Positions 53,597 to 64,000 are shown, counted from the first letter of the stretch. The stretch: 64,000 nt of DNA from a virus (IMGVR_UViG_2974630753_000001:5661-69660); one strand, 5' to 3'. The notes: generated by a model from the letters alone, not told the origin. Program-made: numbers and translations.

Positions 53597-56332
53597 TTGA
53601 GCGCTCCAAGGTCTATCAACAGTGGAACCCCATTTACTTCAACCGCAAGGGATTATATTGATAAAGGATGGGGAGTCCTCCCTCTACCAGAACGTCGAAA
53701 AGAGTTTCCACCAACGGGTTTCACTGGTAGAGCTGGAAAGTTCGCTGATGATGATGACCTGACACGATGGCTAGTTGACCCCAAATACTCCAAGGGCAAC
53801 ATTGCACTTCGTGTCGGTAATGAACTCAAAATCTCTGGAGAGCGTTACGAGGTCATCGGTATCGACGTTGACGCTCACTCCAAAAAGAAAGGCGCAGAAG
53901 AGCTTTCGCAGCTTGAACGGAAGCTAGGCGAACTCCCTGAAACATGGATTTCTTCGGCCCGAACCGACGGTAATTCTGGCATTCGGTTTTTCCTGGTCCC
54001 TTATGGCTACGGCTTCAAAGGCCAAGCCTCACAATCGATTGACATTGTTCAGCGCGTCCATCGATATGCCGTGGTCTACCCCTCATGGCACCCTGAGACC
54101 AAAAACCAATACTTCTGGTATGAACCGGGTAACCCGCCGGACGGCGAACACGTCACGACAGAAATACCTAGCGCATTCACATTGCCGCTGTTGCCGGACA
54201 AGTGGATTGATTTCCTCACCCTAAATCGCACGGCAGACTTTGACTTTGGCGATGGTCGCTACGGAATCGACCTTGATATTTCTGGTGAAGCTCTAGCCGA
54301 GTGGATCAAAGAGAAATTCATCCCACCACTAGCCAATGAACCTGGTGGCATGTGTGCTCACATGAAAAAGACTGTGGCGCAATGGATTCAGAAGATCGAA
54401 GAGAGCCCGACAAACCACAACATCATCACGTCGGCGCACTGGAATCTCGTTCGAACGGCAAGCGAAGGTCATAGCGGTTACGAAGCTGCATTGGCTGAAG
54501 TTGAAGCTGTTTGGTTCAAAGACATTATGGCCAAAGGCAAGAGGCCTGCCCATGTTGTCGAGAAAGAGATGAAGCGTAGTCGTGACGGTCAGTTCCGAAA
54601 GCTCAAGGCTAAAGCGGATTCTTATGAGCAACAAGGTCTTTCGTTGTTCGCAGGTGGTGAACTCTGCATGTCTGCCGAAGACCTGGCCCCTGACAAAGAG
54701 GACACAAAGAGTGGCGACGACAAGCACTGGATCTTCTCAGTTCCGTTGCTCTTCAAAGACTTTGACCCCAAGAGCTACGACAAGAATGACGTTGGCCAAG
54801 CACAGCATTTCTACGACCGTGTGCAAGACAACGTTCGCTATCTAGCTGACTACAACGGATGGATCATCTATGACGGATTGCGTTGGCACATAGACGATTT
54901 CACTCACGTTCGGGATTTGTTTCATCGTGCCGTGGTTGTGCCCTCGAAGAAACGCGCTCGCTCTCTGTGGAAGGCAAGCGTTGATGCCATCACGTCAGGT
55001 CGGTTGGTAAAGACTGACCCGGAATACCTCGAATTGATCCGTGACGCAAAGAAACTCGATTGGGTAGCCGAGCACTACGGCAACGACAACAAAATAAAGG
55101 CAGCACTCAACTGCATGAAGGCAATCCCTGGCGTAGGTATGCGCTATGGGGATTTGAATTGGGACACAACAATTTTGGCCATGCCCAACGGTAAGGTCCT
55201 AAAGCTCGATGAGCCCAAAACCAAACCGGAGCCAAACGCCAAGGGCTTTCGGATCATTCGTAACGAAAAGCGGTTCCTCACAACGTATTCCACAGCAGTC
55301 GAGTATCGGCCAACCAAGCTCATCTCTGATCGCGAGAAGAACCTGTGGGCGGGGTATCTGAAGCTGTTCCTGCCTGACCTGAAATACCGTAGGTTCGTTC
55401 AAAAAGCGTTGGGCTACATGCTCATTGGCGGCAACCCAGAAAAGCTAGCGATGTTCCTTGTGGGCCAATCGAATACCGGTAAGTCCACGATGCTGCAAGC
55501 GATACAGGGAGTGATGAATGACTATGGCGCAACGTTTCAGCCGAACGCGATTTTCAAAGACTCTGGGACGGGCAATAATCCAGAGTTGGGGAACCTCTTG
55601 CATAAGAGGGGAATCTTTAGCTCTGAGAGCGGTTCACAGCGCATTCATGCAAACCCGTTGAAACGTAATACAGGCGGCGATAAAATCTCAGTCACGCGCA
55701 AATACGCCAACGATCAAATCATCGGAATCCCACACTTCACACCGATAGTGGCCACCAACCAAGCGCCAACGATTGATGATGCTGACGAAGCGTTGGTGAA
55801 ACGAATTCTGGTGCTGCCCTTCACAACTCGAGTACCGGAATTACAGAACGACAAGCGCGCTGATGTGGAGTTGGAACGAGATGCTAGGCACGCGGTCTTG
55901 AATTGGTTGGTCAACGGGTACCGTCTTTACATCCGTGAAGGCCTAGCCCATGAGCAGTGGCACCCGTGGTCAATTGCAGCTACAGCAGAGTTCGCGAATG
56001 AATTGTCTGACGTGGCAACGTTTTTAGGTGAGACCTGTGTGGCTGCCGATGACGATCAAAAGGCTTATCTCACAAGCGACATACTCAGTGAGACACATGC
56101 AAAGACCAGGGCTCGATGGTCAAAGGTGAGTATGTCTGGCTTGTATCTGAAGTATCAGCATGAATGCGCTGAGTCTGGCCAGAATCCAATGCCTCCAAGG
56201 CTTTTCGCAAAGAAAGTACGTCAGGTGTTCGGAGTAACAGTGATTCCGGTGAAGGTCGATGGGAAGGTCTCGAAGAATTACCTTGGGCTCAGGTACATCA
56301 ACGAAGCAATGATGAATCAGGTTCAGGGATAG
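53597..56332 (+). CDS. Primase-polymerase (AEP) fused to D5-like SF3 helicase
   Basis: IGIDVD prim-pol motif, D5_N-like region (GWIIYDGLRW), Walker A GQSNTGKST, C-terminal winged helix. Confidence 0.92.
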   Translation: MSAPRSINSGTPFTSTARDYIDKGWGVLPLPERRKEFPPTGFTGRAGKFADDDDLTRWLVDPKYSKGNIALRVGNELKISGERYEVIGIDVDAHSKKKGAEELSQLERKLGELPETWISSARTDGNSGIRFFLVPYGYGFKGQASQSIDIVQRVHRYAVVYPSWHPETKNQYFWYEPGNPPDGEHVTTEIPSAFTLPLLPDKWIDFLTLNRTADFDFGDGRYGIDLDISGEALAEWIKEKFIPPLANEPGGMCAHMKKTVAQWIQKIEESPTNHNIITSAHWNLVRTASEGHSGYEAALAEVEAVWFKDIMAKGKRPAHVVEKEMKRSRDGQFRKLKAKADSYEQQGLSLFAGGELCMSAEDLAPDKEDTKSGDDKHWIFSVPLLFKDFDPKSYDKNDVGQAQHFYDRVQDNVRYLADYNGWIIYDGLRWHIDDFTHVRDLFHRAVVVPSKKRARSLWKASVDAITSGRLVKTDPEYLELIRDAKKLDWVAEHYGNDNKIKAALNCMKAIPGVGMRYGDLNWDTTILAMPNGKVLKLDEPKTKPEPNAKGFRIIRNEKRFLTTYSTAVEYRPTKLISDREKNLWAGYLKLFLPDLKYRRFVQKALGYMLIGGNPEKLAMFLVGQSNTGKSTMLQAIQGVMNDYGATFQPNAIFKDSGTGNNPELGNLLHKRGIFSSESGSQRIHANPLKRNTGGDKISVTRKYANDQIIGIPHFTPIVATNQAPTIDDADEALVKRILVLPFTTRVPELQNDKRADVELERDARHAVLNWLVNGYRLYIREGLAHEQWHPWSIAATAEFANELSDVATFLGETCVAADDDQKAYLTSDILSETHAKTRARWSKVSMSGLYLKYQHECAESGQNPMPPRLFAKKVRQVFGVTVIPVKVDGKVSKNYLGLRYINEAMMNQVQG

Positions 56333-56371
56333 CGGGATTGGGATTCAATTATGGTTCTGGAAAACAGGGGA

Positions 56372-56679
56372 GGTAACCGAAACCGAAATTTTCGGTTACC
56401 CTATAAGCCCAGGTCAGAGGGTCAGAGTAACCGAAAGGTAACCGAAAATTTTGCTTCGGTTACCGTGTTTCCGCAGGTCAGAGTATGTGGGTAACCGAAA
56501 TCTCTTTACTACTCTCTACTTCTATATATAGAGAAGATTTTATGAGAGAACGTGAGTGAGTATGACGGATTATGACGTCGACGTTCGTAGAGAAGGTTAG
56601 GAAAAAATTTCGGTTACCGTTACCTAGGGGGTCTGACCTGCACAGATGCGGTAACCGAAAATGTCTTCGCAGGTCAGAG
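56372..56679. repeat. Iteron cluster, putative replication origin
   Basis: Eight GTAACCGAA copies in both orientations, ~5 GGTCAGA copies, central TCTATATATAGA palindrome; directly after primase-helicase. Confidence 0.75.
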
Positions 56680-57036
56680 TGGGTTTTTGCCAGGGGTGAA
56701 AATGAATGCGAGACAAGGGTTTTCAATGCTGTTGAATGCCAAGGAGATTCAAATAGGAACATTGAATGAGAGGGGTAGATAAAGGATTTGGGAATTGAAT
56801 CGACAGGCATTCAAAATAGAAGATTGAATGACAGGGGTAGATCGAAATGAAAGGGAAATGAATGTGCGACCTCAATCATGAGCCGAAAGATATTCCAGGC
56901 TTTCCGTTCAAAGTTGTTGAGTGCCAAGACATTCCGCATGGAGTGCTATGGCCTTTGGGTTCCTCGAATGAAGAGTTAATGACGGAAGCTGTTGCAGACC
57001 TTGAAGATTCAGGACTTGAAGAAAGGGTGATCTGAA

Positions 57037-57393
57037 ATGACACAGCCTATGGACCCGAATGATTACCCTGACGATTCCAGTGAATATGGTTGGGGGCCAG
57101 GGATTTTCCCACCTGGTATTGCCGATAATGAAGGTCAACGATTGAAACAGGATGACTTTGGCGCAAACCTTCCGTACCAAACAGAACCGATAGGAGATGC
57201 ACGTGACAATTACGCTAGGGCCGTGGCAGATCGTCGCACTGATAGCACTGACCCTACTAGCGGTCGCGATTTTGAATCTCTTGGTAACCCAGACCGTTTC
57301 GGTGCTCAACCGCCATTGGTCCAGGGTCAACCGGAAGCGAACAAATCGCAGAATCCGAAAGTCGAACGCAACAAACTCCGTCGAAAGAGGTAG
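57037..57393 (+). CDS. Hypothetical protein
   Basis: RBS AAAGGG. Confidence 0.55.
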   Translation: MTQPMDPNDYPDDSSEYGWGPGIFPPGIADNEGQRLKQDDFGANLPYQTEPIGDARDNYARAVADRRTDSTDPTSGRDFESLGNPDRFGAQPPLVQGQPEANKSQNPKVERNKLRRKR

Positions 57394-57591
57394 TCGCACA
57401 ACAAGATTCGACATTGATCCATCAGGCCTTCCACTGCACCCCAATCTCGTTGAAAGAATTGAGGATTCAGAACAAAGTGCGACTACCGGCATAGTGCCAG
57501 GCGGGGTATCATGGGTTATGGGAGTAGAACCAAAACTGTCCACCAAAGATGTTCTACCCCAACGAATCTGGAAAAGAATGAAAGGGTCGAA

Positions 57592-57960
57592 ATGAAGTTC
57601 AGTGATATTCGGGGCACGGTTTTTAAGGGCACTCCCGAAGATGAGTACAACCGACATGCAGGGGTTGCAACTCCGAGACGTGTTGCTCCTCAGGTCCACA
57701 AGGCATCCATGGACCTCAAGAAAGAATTCAAGGATGCAGGATTCACCCGTGCGGATTTGATGGCCCCACAACAGAATCGCGAGTATCGCCGTGCAATGCG
57801 AAAGCCGTTTGGGCGCAACCGTTTACGTCATCAACTCAAGACAAATCCGCATTGGTTCAAGCGACACATGATCGAGGTCAACATGCGAAAGGCATTGGAA
57901 CAAGACCGAATTCGTCGTGGTCTGCCTTCGTTCGATGATGCCTATGAAAGGATGATCTGA
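57592..57960 (+). CDS. Basic hypothetical protein
   Basis: RBS AAAGGG, Arg/Lys-rich. Confidence 0.6.
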   Translation: MKFSDIRGTVFKGTPEDEYNRHAGVATPRRVAPQVHKASMDLKKEFKDAGFTRADLMAPQQNREYRRAMRKPFGRNRLRHQLKTNPHWFKRHMIEVNMRKALEQDRIRRGLPSFDDAYERMI

Positions 57961-58110
57961 TGAGGGTTGAGGTCTACGTTGAGAGCAATGAAATCGGAGA
58001 GATTCGCGTAGAGATTTCTAGCGAAAAGGCAAGTAGCCCAATGCATTTGGTGGAGATTGCAACTCAAGCTGTTGAGGCTGAGGTCAATCGAATCAATGCA
58101 TTGAATTACG

Positions 58111-58407
58111 GTGGCTGAAATGAATTGCACTTGTGCGCCCGCTGATTCGTTCAATGTTCGGGTCTCTGATTTGATCGACCCTTCATGCCCGGAGCATGGA
58201 TGCCGATTGAAGCGTTGCCCGAAAAAGGTTGGAGGACAAGGCTTTCGGAGTTTGGCGAGCGATCAGGAAATCAAAGATGTTTTGCGAAAGAACCTGACCG
58301 AAATTCAATTGGGTCCTGGTCATTACGCTTTCATGATTCCAAATGCAGACATTGATTCTGTCGTGCGAAATCTGAGGTCTGGCTTTGAGATTCGAGTACG
58401 CAAATGA
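58111..58407 (+). CDS. Cys-containing hypothetical protein
   Basis: CTC...CPEHGC. Confidence 0.5.
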   Translation: MAEMNCTCAPADSFNVRVSDLIDPSCPEHGCRLKRCPKKVGGQGFRSLASDQEIKDVLRKNLTEIQLGPGHYAFMIPNADIDSVVRNLRSGFEIRVRK

Positions 58408-58601
58408 GCTTTTCTCGTAAGTGCGACAAATGCAAAGATCATTTCGATCCGAAAGATGTTGTGCAGCTTGATCTCTCAACGATTGACGTGAGGAATTACT
58501 ACACGATTCATCTGTGTAAAGAAAAGTGCCTTAAGGCTTTTCTGGAATGGCAAGGCGTAGATCGATGAGTTGGCCATCATCAAGCAATCAACCGAAATAC
58601 G

Positions 58602-59003
58602 TTGCGATTCAACGGGATTGCAAGAGAGCTTCGTGCATGGCCTTGGGAATTCAATGCTCGGAACGTCGAAACGGGAAAGAATGCAGAGAGGGATATCAAA
58701 GTGACAGTCAACATTGATTGGGATTCATATCCTCCCGAAACGCCTTTTCGCTTTTGGAGGTTGAGGGCAGAGGATGGGTCTGTTTTCCAATATGCGTGCC
58801 CATGGTGGGACGAAGAGACCATGGCCAAAATTGAAGAGCCAGCGCGTAGTCAATGGGAAAACGCACGAACACAAGCACTTTGGGTGGGCTTTGAAGCTCT
58901 GTTCCGTGGTGAATTGCCGGAATATCCGAAGGCTGTTGAAATCGTGGCCGAATTCCAGGGCACTCGCGATAACCTTCCGCCATGGTGGGGTGTTTTGACA
59001 TGA
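58602..59003 (+). CDS. Hypothetical protein (start uncertain)
   Basis: ORF track; Trp-rich. Confidence 0.5.
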   Translation: MRFNGIARELRAWPWEFNARNVETGKNAERDIKVTVNIDWDSYPPETPFRFWRLRAEDGSVFQYACPWWDEETMAKIEEPARSQWENARTQALWVGFEALFRGELPEYPKAVEIVAEFQGTRDNLPPWWGVLT

Positions 59004-59133
59004 GGCTTGATTGGGTCGAAATCAAAAGAGCCACAATGACTTTCGTTGGAGCGACAGCCATTACGTTTTGTGTGTTGGCGATTGTGATCGCCATTCTTGC
59101 AGGGGTCGACAGATTGATCGGAGCGCTTTGACC

Positions 59134-59652
59134 ATGAGTGATTTTATGAATGACTTGCAATCAGTAATCAATCGCCATTGCCAGGAAAACCAAAGTGGCA
59201 CACCTGATTTCATCCTTGCTAGCTTTGTGGCCGATTCTCTCAAGGCTTTCAGTGTAGCTGTAAATGATCGTGAACGTTGGTACGGCAGGTCACAGGATCA
59301 ATTCGGAATGCCAGTTGATTGTAGTCAAATAACCAATCCTGTTGGGCCACAAGCATATTCCCCTGTTACCCCGAACAATGATTTGAAGAATCAAATCGAT
59401 GGAGTAGAAGAGGCAGAAAAGACCGTTGGTTTTAAAGTGATTACTGCCGATTATGGAACTAATGTGAAAACCGTTGGGTTGCTTGACCATTCGACCGATG
59501 AGGTTGCATGGATGAATGACTGGCTTAGCAAGCATCTAGGTATGCCACGGCCATATTCGTTGAGGGTTACTGAATTCGATGGCTTCGGTACTCCCAACCT
59601 CTTTAGCGCGATGATCTATGGGGTTCATTCGGGGAGGGTGGATCGTGTCTGA
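59134..59652 (+). CDS. Hypothetical protein
   Basis: LQSVINRHCQENQSGTPDFILASF is a recurring phage motif. Confidence 0.6.
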   Translation: MSDFMNDLQSVINRHCQENQSGTPDFILASFVADSLKAFSVAVNDRERWYGRSQDQFGMPVDCSQITNPVGPQAYSPVTPNNDLKNQIDGVEEAEKTVGFKVITADYGTNVKTVGLLDHSTDEVAWMNDWLSKHLGMPRPYSLRVTEFDGFGTPNLFSAMIYGVHSGRVDRV

Positions 59653-59864
59653 AATCCGTTGTGTCGGTGGGTATCTCGACAATGTGATGGTTCCAGATCG
59701 TGGGGCAAAAATGCAGGTGCTTGATTACCTCGATTATCAAAAGTACGCAAACCTTCCGAAAGGTGATCCGCGCCTTAATGATCGGGTCAAATACCACACA
59801 TACACGAGATTCGGAACGGTCTATGTTCACGATGAAAACTGCTGTCCCACAAAGGAATTGAAAG

Positions 59865-60314
59865 ATGTGCGGTGACTTACCCTTTCATCCATGGTGGCAT
59901 CACCCGAACCACAATTACGTTGGAAAGCACAGGGGCACATACCCTTACGCTCATTCCAAGGCACCATTGCCATATGGCCTACGTTCAATCAAAATTACGC
60001 CATACGTTGGGTTGACTGACTTTGATTTGGACGAAAGTGGTTTCAAGCCAATAGGTTTCACGCTTCCAGATTCACAATGGGATGAGGAAACCCTAGAGGT
60101 CGGTGGAAAGCCAATTGCCACAAAGAGAACCCACCGAACAACGATGAATGTTGAAATCACAGATGTAAACCAAGAATTGATAGCTCAACTGTTAGGGGTC
60201 GAAATATGTTCGCAGCAATCACAGTCCAAGGGTCAGCATTCGAGTGTGGCCGGTCGTGTGAAACGATTCTTCGAAAAGGTGACACGGCATTTATTGCGAA
60301 GGGTGGGCAAGTGA
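59865..60314 (+). CDS. Hypothetical protein
   Basis: ORF track. Confidence 0.5.
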   Translation: MCGDLPFHPWWHHPNHNYVGKHRGTYPYAHSKAPLPYGLRSIKITPYVGLTDFDLDESGFKPIGFTLPDSQWDEETLEVGGKPIATKRTHRTTMNVEITDVNQELIAQLLGVEICSQQSQSKGQHSSVAGRVKRFFEKVTRHLLRRVGK

Positions 60315-60351
60315 TCTGTCCTGATTGCGCAAAGAAAGAGCTGAAAGAAAT

Positions 60352-60744
60352 ATGAACCTGATGGACCCATATCGGGAAAAGGCTTTCTGTGCCGAGCACC
60401 CAATGGCAGGGTGGATCGAACCTGGTCAAGAATGCCGACGCTGTAAGTGGTTGAGGGAGAACGGTTTTGGGAAAGACCAGAAACTGGCCACGTGTGGACA
60501 CTTTACAGGGCTCAGAGAATGGGGTCTCCATGCGCAACCATGGAGAATCTGTCAGGTTTGTTTCATGCCCAAAGCTCAGCATGATGCAGGCGGGCCACCG
60601 TTACCAGAGAGCTTGATTCGAACACAAACGGCACATGTGGAAATGACTAGAGCCCTTCAAGACTTGGTCAATGAATTCTCTTGGAGCGCAACGATTCCTA
60701 GAGCAAGAGTTCAGAGCATTTTGGAGGCACACAGATATGTCTAA
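60352..60744 (+). CDS. Cys-rich hypothetical protein
   Basis: CRRC...CQVC. Confidence 0.55.
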   Translation: MNLMDPYREKAFCAEHPMAGWIEPGQECRRCKWLRENGFGKDQKLATCGHFTGLREWGLHAQPWRICQVCFMPKAQHDAGGPPLPESLIRTQTAHVEMTRALQDLVNEFSWSATIPRARVQSILEAHRYV

Positions 60745-61102
60745 CCCAGAAACGTACGAAATAATAAGCGATTTGGCCTGGAAGCTCGATATGCTAAGGG
60801 TAGATGCGAAACGTGTTGTTGAGGGCACGATTTCGCCTCATGTTCTTTCAGAAGCTTCAAAAGACGATGTACGCACAATCATTGCTGCGATTGACCGAAT
60901 CAGATCAGAGCTTGAAATCGCTTGGCACAGGCAGCAATTGCAGAAAGCGCGTGATGCTGTAGAGATTCATCAAAGCATCATCGAGAAGCACAACGAAAGC
61001 CAAACCAGGAGAACAGCTTTCGATGTGGTATCCAATGCTGCTGAGCGTGGCCCATTGCAAGCCGAGATGAACTCAGAAGATTATGGGTGGTCTCAAAGAT
61101 GA
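60737..61102 (+). CDS. Coiled-coil hypothetical protein
   Basis: ATG after GGAGG. Confidence 0.55.
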   Translation: MSNPETYEIISDLAWKLDMLRVDAKRVVEGTISPHVLSEASKDDVRTIIAAIDRIRSELEIAWHRQQLQKARDAVEIHQSIIEKHNESQTRRTAFDVVSNAAERGPLQAEMNSEDYGWSQR

Positions 61103-61208
61103 TACCCATGTGGAAGTATCGAATTCTCAATCAAATCAGTTGGTGGACAAAGTGTTTGATCTGTGGCAAGCGGAATCGACATTACCGCTATTGCAATGGT
61201 GATGGCGG

Positions 61209-61604
61209 TTGCACGGCATGAATATCAGCTATCACTGGTCTCCATCAAGCAATCACGATTCGATTATTCGTCGCGGTCTGTTGGTTCCAAAAGCTCACCC
61301 GCGCTTAACGACTCCGGTTACGTGTTCGGAAAACCACAGAAATCCACACATTTCTCTTGGTAGAACACCAATGCACGCATGGAGTCTTTCAGGTGGATTT
61401 TTGCTCTTGCGGGCACAGCAAGAACCGTTGGCGTGGAATGACTTTCAGATTCCATTGAAGTGGGATTTGTGGGAGGTTATTTTGCCAAAGATTCGACCTT
61501 GGCGAAAAGATGATTATGAGCTGACGGTTGACCAAGACATTTTGCCTGGCTATTTGAAATGGGTTGCGCACAGATGGATTACGGAATCTCATGCAACCCA
61601 TTGA
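61209..61604 (+). CDS. Hypothetical protein (start uncertain)
   Basis: YHWSPSSNHDSIIRRGL resembles the N-terminus of ART-fold small phage proteins (weak). Confidence 0.45.
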   Translation: MHGMNISYHWSPSSNHDSIIRRGLLVPKAHPRLTTPVTCSENHRNPHISLGRTPMHAWSLSGGFLLLRAQQEPLAWNDFQIPLKWDLWEVILPKIRPWRKDDYELTVDQDILPGYLKWVAHRWITESHATH

Positions 61605-62198
61605 GGCACAAATGATTTACGATCATGCCCCAGTGCCAGGACCCCTATACTGGGACTTCAAGTGCCGAGTGTGCAGTCAGCGAGTTGACTTGCACGCCAA
61701 CGTCTTTGCGCGGATACTCTGGCGTATACGGAAGTGGAGAAAGGCCAAAAATCATGTGCGGTAAGGAACCGATGATAGGCCAACATTTCGATTTTCAAGA
61801 GTTCATTTTCGATAGGGTAACGGAAAGCATGAGGTTGGAGCGTGAAGCTCGAATTGCCAAGGCAGAAGCGAACTTTCGGAAAGACCTTGAGTCAGGCCGA
61901 GTTTGGAAATGGAAGGTGTTCTGATGCCTGCCCCACCTTGTAAGCCAAATTGCATGTGCGGCAAGCATTTTCGCACAAGAGAACACAATCGCCGGATTGG
62001 GGAGTCTGTAAAGGAACGTCAATTGCAGAACCTCAAAGAGGGAAAGCCGATCAACCAATTCAAAAGAGAGAAATAGATCATGAGTGACTATCGATACCCT
62101 GATTGGTATATGCGGGTCTATTGGTGGGGTGGTTGGTCTTTCCTGTTCCGAATTGCCCTTTTGGTCATGAGTTTCCTTGCAGGGTGGTGGATTTCAAA

Positions 62199-63455
62199 AT
62201 GAGTGCTCCGGTCAAGTTCGTTGGCGTGCCTGATGGACCCGCTAGGTTCATCAAGGAATTCGGTTGTGAGGTAGGCACTTTCGTAAGTCACTCGGATAAA
62301 GAGTTGGATTACCATGTGCCCCTTGAATTTCGAGGCGATTATCGACCAACAGAGTTGGCCAACTACGATCCTCAAATCGATTACCGCACAGACATTTTCG
62401 GCAAATGCCTTTGCACTGCAAAGACCAAACAAGACATTCTGTGTGAACGAAAAGCTGTGAATCGATCATGGCGTTGCCCAATGCACGGCGGGCAACTCAA
62501 TCGGCTTGACCGTATTGCGAAGGATAAAGAGAGCGCTTCGAATGAAGCTGAGACACAAGGCCTTTCGAGATATCGTCAATTCCAAGAGGGCATCATTACC
62601 GTTGATGACTTGGATGATGAAGAGCTAGCGCAGTGTGGCTTTAAGGCAAAGAATGGGGTTATTTACAAACCCAAGAATGTTCCCCGTGAACTCGCAAATG
62701 CCTTTCAGAAAGCCATCTTTGAACGTGCCAATGCAGAGCTTCGCGGTATGGTCGTTGATGCAGCGAAAACCGTTGGCGAAATCATGAACAACAAGACCAA
62801 TGAACCCGATATTCGTTTGAAGGCTGCATTGAGTTTGATTGAGCGGGGTCTCGGTAAGACTCCGAATGTTGTTGCTATAACCCAAGATAAGCCATTCGAG
62901 GTGGTTTTTGATGCGATACTTCACTCTGCCGGTAATGTCCCGGGAGCAGCTCAAACAAGCCAAGCCGGACCTCTACCAATCGAATCCGCAATTGATGCAG
63001 AATCTTTTGAGATTGAGCAACCAACATCACTGGGCAATCCCGGGGTCGAAGCACCAAAAGCGTTTGGAGAGAGCGATTCTGGAGACACACATAAGCCTGA
63101 TGGCATCGAACCTAGCGCCATTGAACGTATCGTTTCAGAGGCTAGGGAAAGCAATCCAAGGCTTCGTGAGCGAAATCCAGCGATTCTCGCTCAGACCATA
63201 GAAATCAAGCCTTTCGAGTATGACCTTTCAGACCAGCGAGAAGCGATCGACAAGGCAATCAAAAAGCGTTATGCATCAAGGGCTTTGGGGATTGACCTGA
63301 CTGCCGATAGCGTGCCCTTCATCCGTGAAGAATGGGTGGATAAGGACGGGGTCACGTGGATTAGGCATGTTGACCCAAACACCATAAAAACCAAGTCTCC
63401 CAATCAATCTCAGGTTAATAGACGAAAGTCCTTCACTCTCAATGACTTTGAGTGA
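62199..63455 (+). CDS. Probable terminase small subunit-like protein (HGGxSTG-type Zn motif)
   Basis: CTAKTK...CERKA...RCPMHGG and IRLKAALSLIERGLGK. Start ATG 62199 is coupled to a 40-aa upstream ORF. Confidence 0.55.
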   Translation: MSAPVKFVGVPDGPARFIKEFGCEVGTFVSHSDKELDYHVPLEFRGDYRPTELANYDPQIDYRTDIFGKCLCTAKTKQDILCERKAVNRSWRCPMHGGQLNRLDRIAKDKESASNEAETQGLSRYRQFQEGIITVDDLDDEELAQCGFKAKNGVIYKPKNVPRELANAFQKAIFERANAELRGMVVDAAKTVGEIMNNKTNEPDIRLKAALSLIERGLGKTPNVVAITQDKPFEVVFDAILHSAGNVPGAAQTSQAGPLPIESAIDAESFEIEQPTSLGNPGVEAPKAFGESDSGDTHKPDGIEPSAIERIVSEARESNPRLRERNPAILAQTIEIKPFEYDLSDQREAIDKAIKKRYASRALGIDLTADSVPFIREEWVDKDGVTWIRHVDPNTIKTKSPNQSQVNRRKSFTLNDFE

Positions 63456-63860
63456 CATTGCCTGGCGTGTCGCTTGCCGCAGTGCTGGTCAAGGCGTAAG
63501 CTGCGGTCACAGTGGGTAACCCGTGCCCAAGAGTCGAGTTCATACCGAAAGCCGAAAAGGCTTGTTGTTGAAGGGATTTGGAAAATGCCGAGTTCTCAAG
63601 TTCGGCCTTTCGGTAAGGCAAAGAAGATCAACCCCATTCCTCGTGAAAAGGACAATACCTCTGACCTCGAATTGGCAGAGATGAAGGCACGTGCGAAGTA
63701 TGCGCACATTCGGCAGGGTGACAACTTGAATCCGGCCAACAACGGACATACCACGACAGCTCCACATGGTGGCACCACGTAGGGGCGAAATATGAAGGGA
63801 GGCAACCCAATTGAGCGCCAAGCGCATTGTCGCGCCACAGGCTGCCGTTGGGTCTGGGAA

Positions 63861-63891
63861 CCCGCCGATCTTCGACCCGTCGGCGGGCTTT
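63861..63891 (+). terminator. Stem-loop / putative terminator
   Basis: CCCGCCGA / TCGGCGGG followed by CTTT. Confidence 0.45.
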
Positions 63892-64000
63892 CCAAATCAC
63901 CCGTTCTTTAATCGGAACTTACGGTTTGTCTCCGCTTCAGATAGCAGGGGTCGAATTCGGTTGTGTGCGTTGACGATTGAAGATTAAAGGGTGGTTATAG

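Noticed and set aside
60484-60503. Sixth copy of the dispersed palindrome (GGCCAC-GT-GTGGAC)
   Set aside because: Mismatches in the arm and spacer, and no AACC flank; compatible with chance.

Overview
The window is most of the genome of a tailed dsDNA phage (siphovirus). The host is inferred to be a mycolic-acid actinobacterium, from lysin B, a CDGP-type protein, a DUF732-like protein and mycobacteriophage-style tail genes. Base composition looks close to 50% GC (eye estimate, not computed). All credible genes are on the + strand. Layout: head, tail and lysis genes (1-26.7 kb); a 0.85 kb non-coding hinge; a cassette-like array of small genes (27.6-36.9 kb); tRNA-Gln(UUG); a replication/recombination block (SNF2 helicase, RecB/Cas4-like nuclease, AAA ATPase, SSB-like protein, MazG, split DnaE, RuvC-like resolvase, primase-helicase); an iteron-rich putative origin; then small ORFs and a probable terminase small subunit. 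No integrase or repressor is visible. Main result: 14 tRNA-mimic RNA elements punctuate the small-gene array. Each has an acceptor-like stem, a GG D-loop mimic, a canonical 7-nt T-loop arm and an A73-like base, with fully covarying stems and no anticodon arm. Each is followed by a second hairpin and a shared AGGATGGAA ribosome-binding motif. Two separate non-coding loci carry the exact complement of that motif, one as a promoter- and terminator-bounded sRNA candidate. Together this suggests a phage mRNA-punctuation system using host tRNA-processing enzymes, with antisense control. Other observations: a 14-bp palindrome dispersed five times, two genes split by short RBS-containing insertions (DnaE and an FN3 domain), a probable +1 tail-chaperone frameshift, and a candidate ~400-nt structured ncRNA. 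Functional interpretations are inferences; no database searches or folding programs were run.
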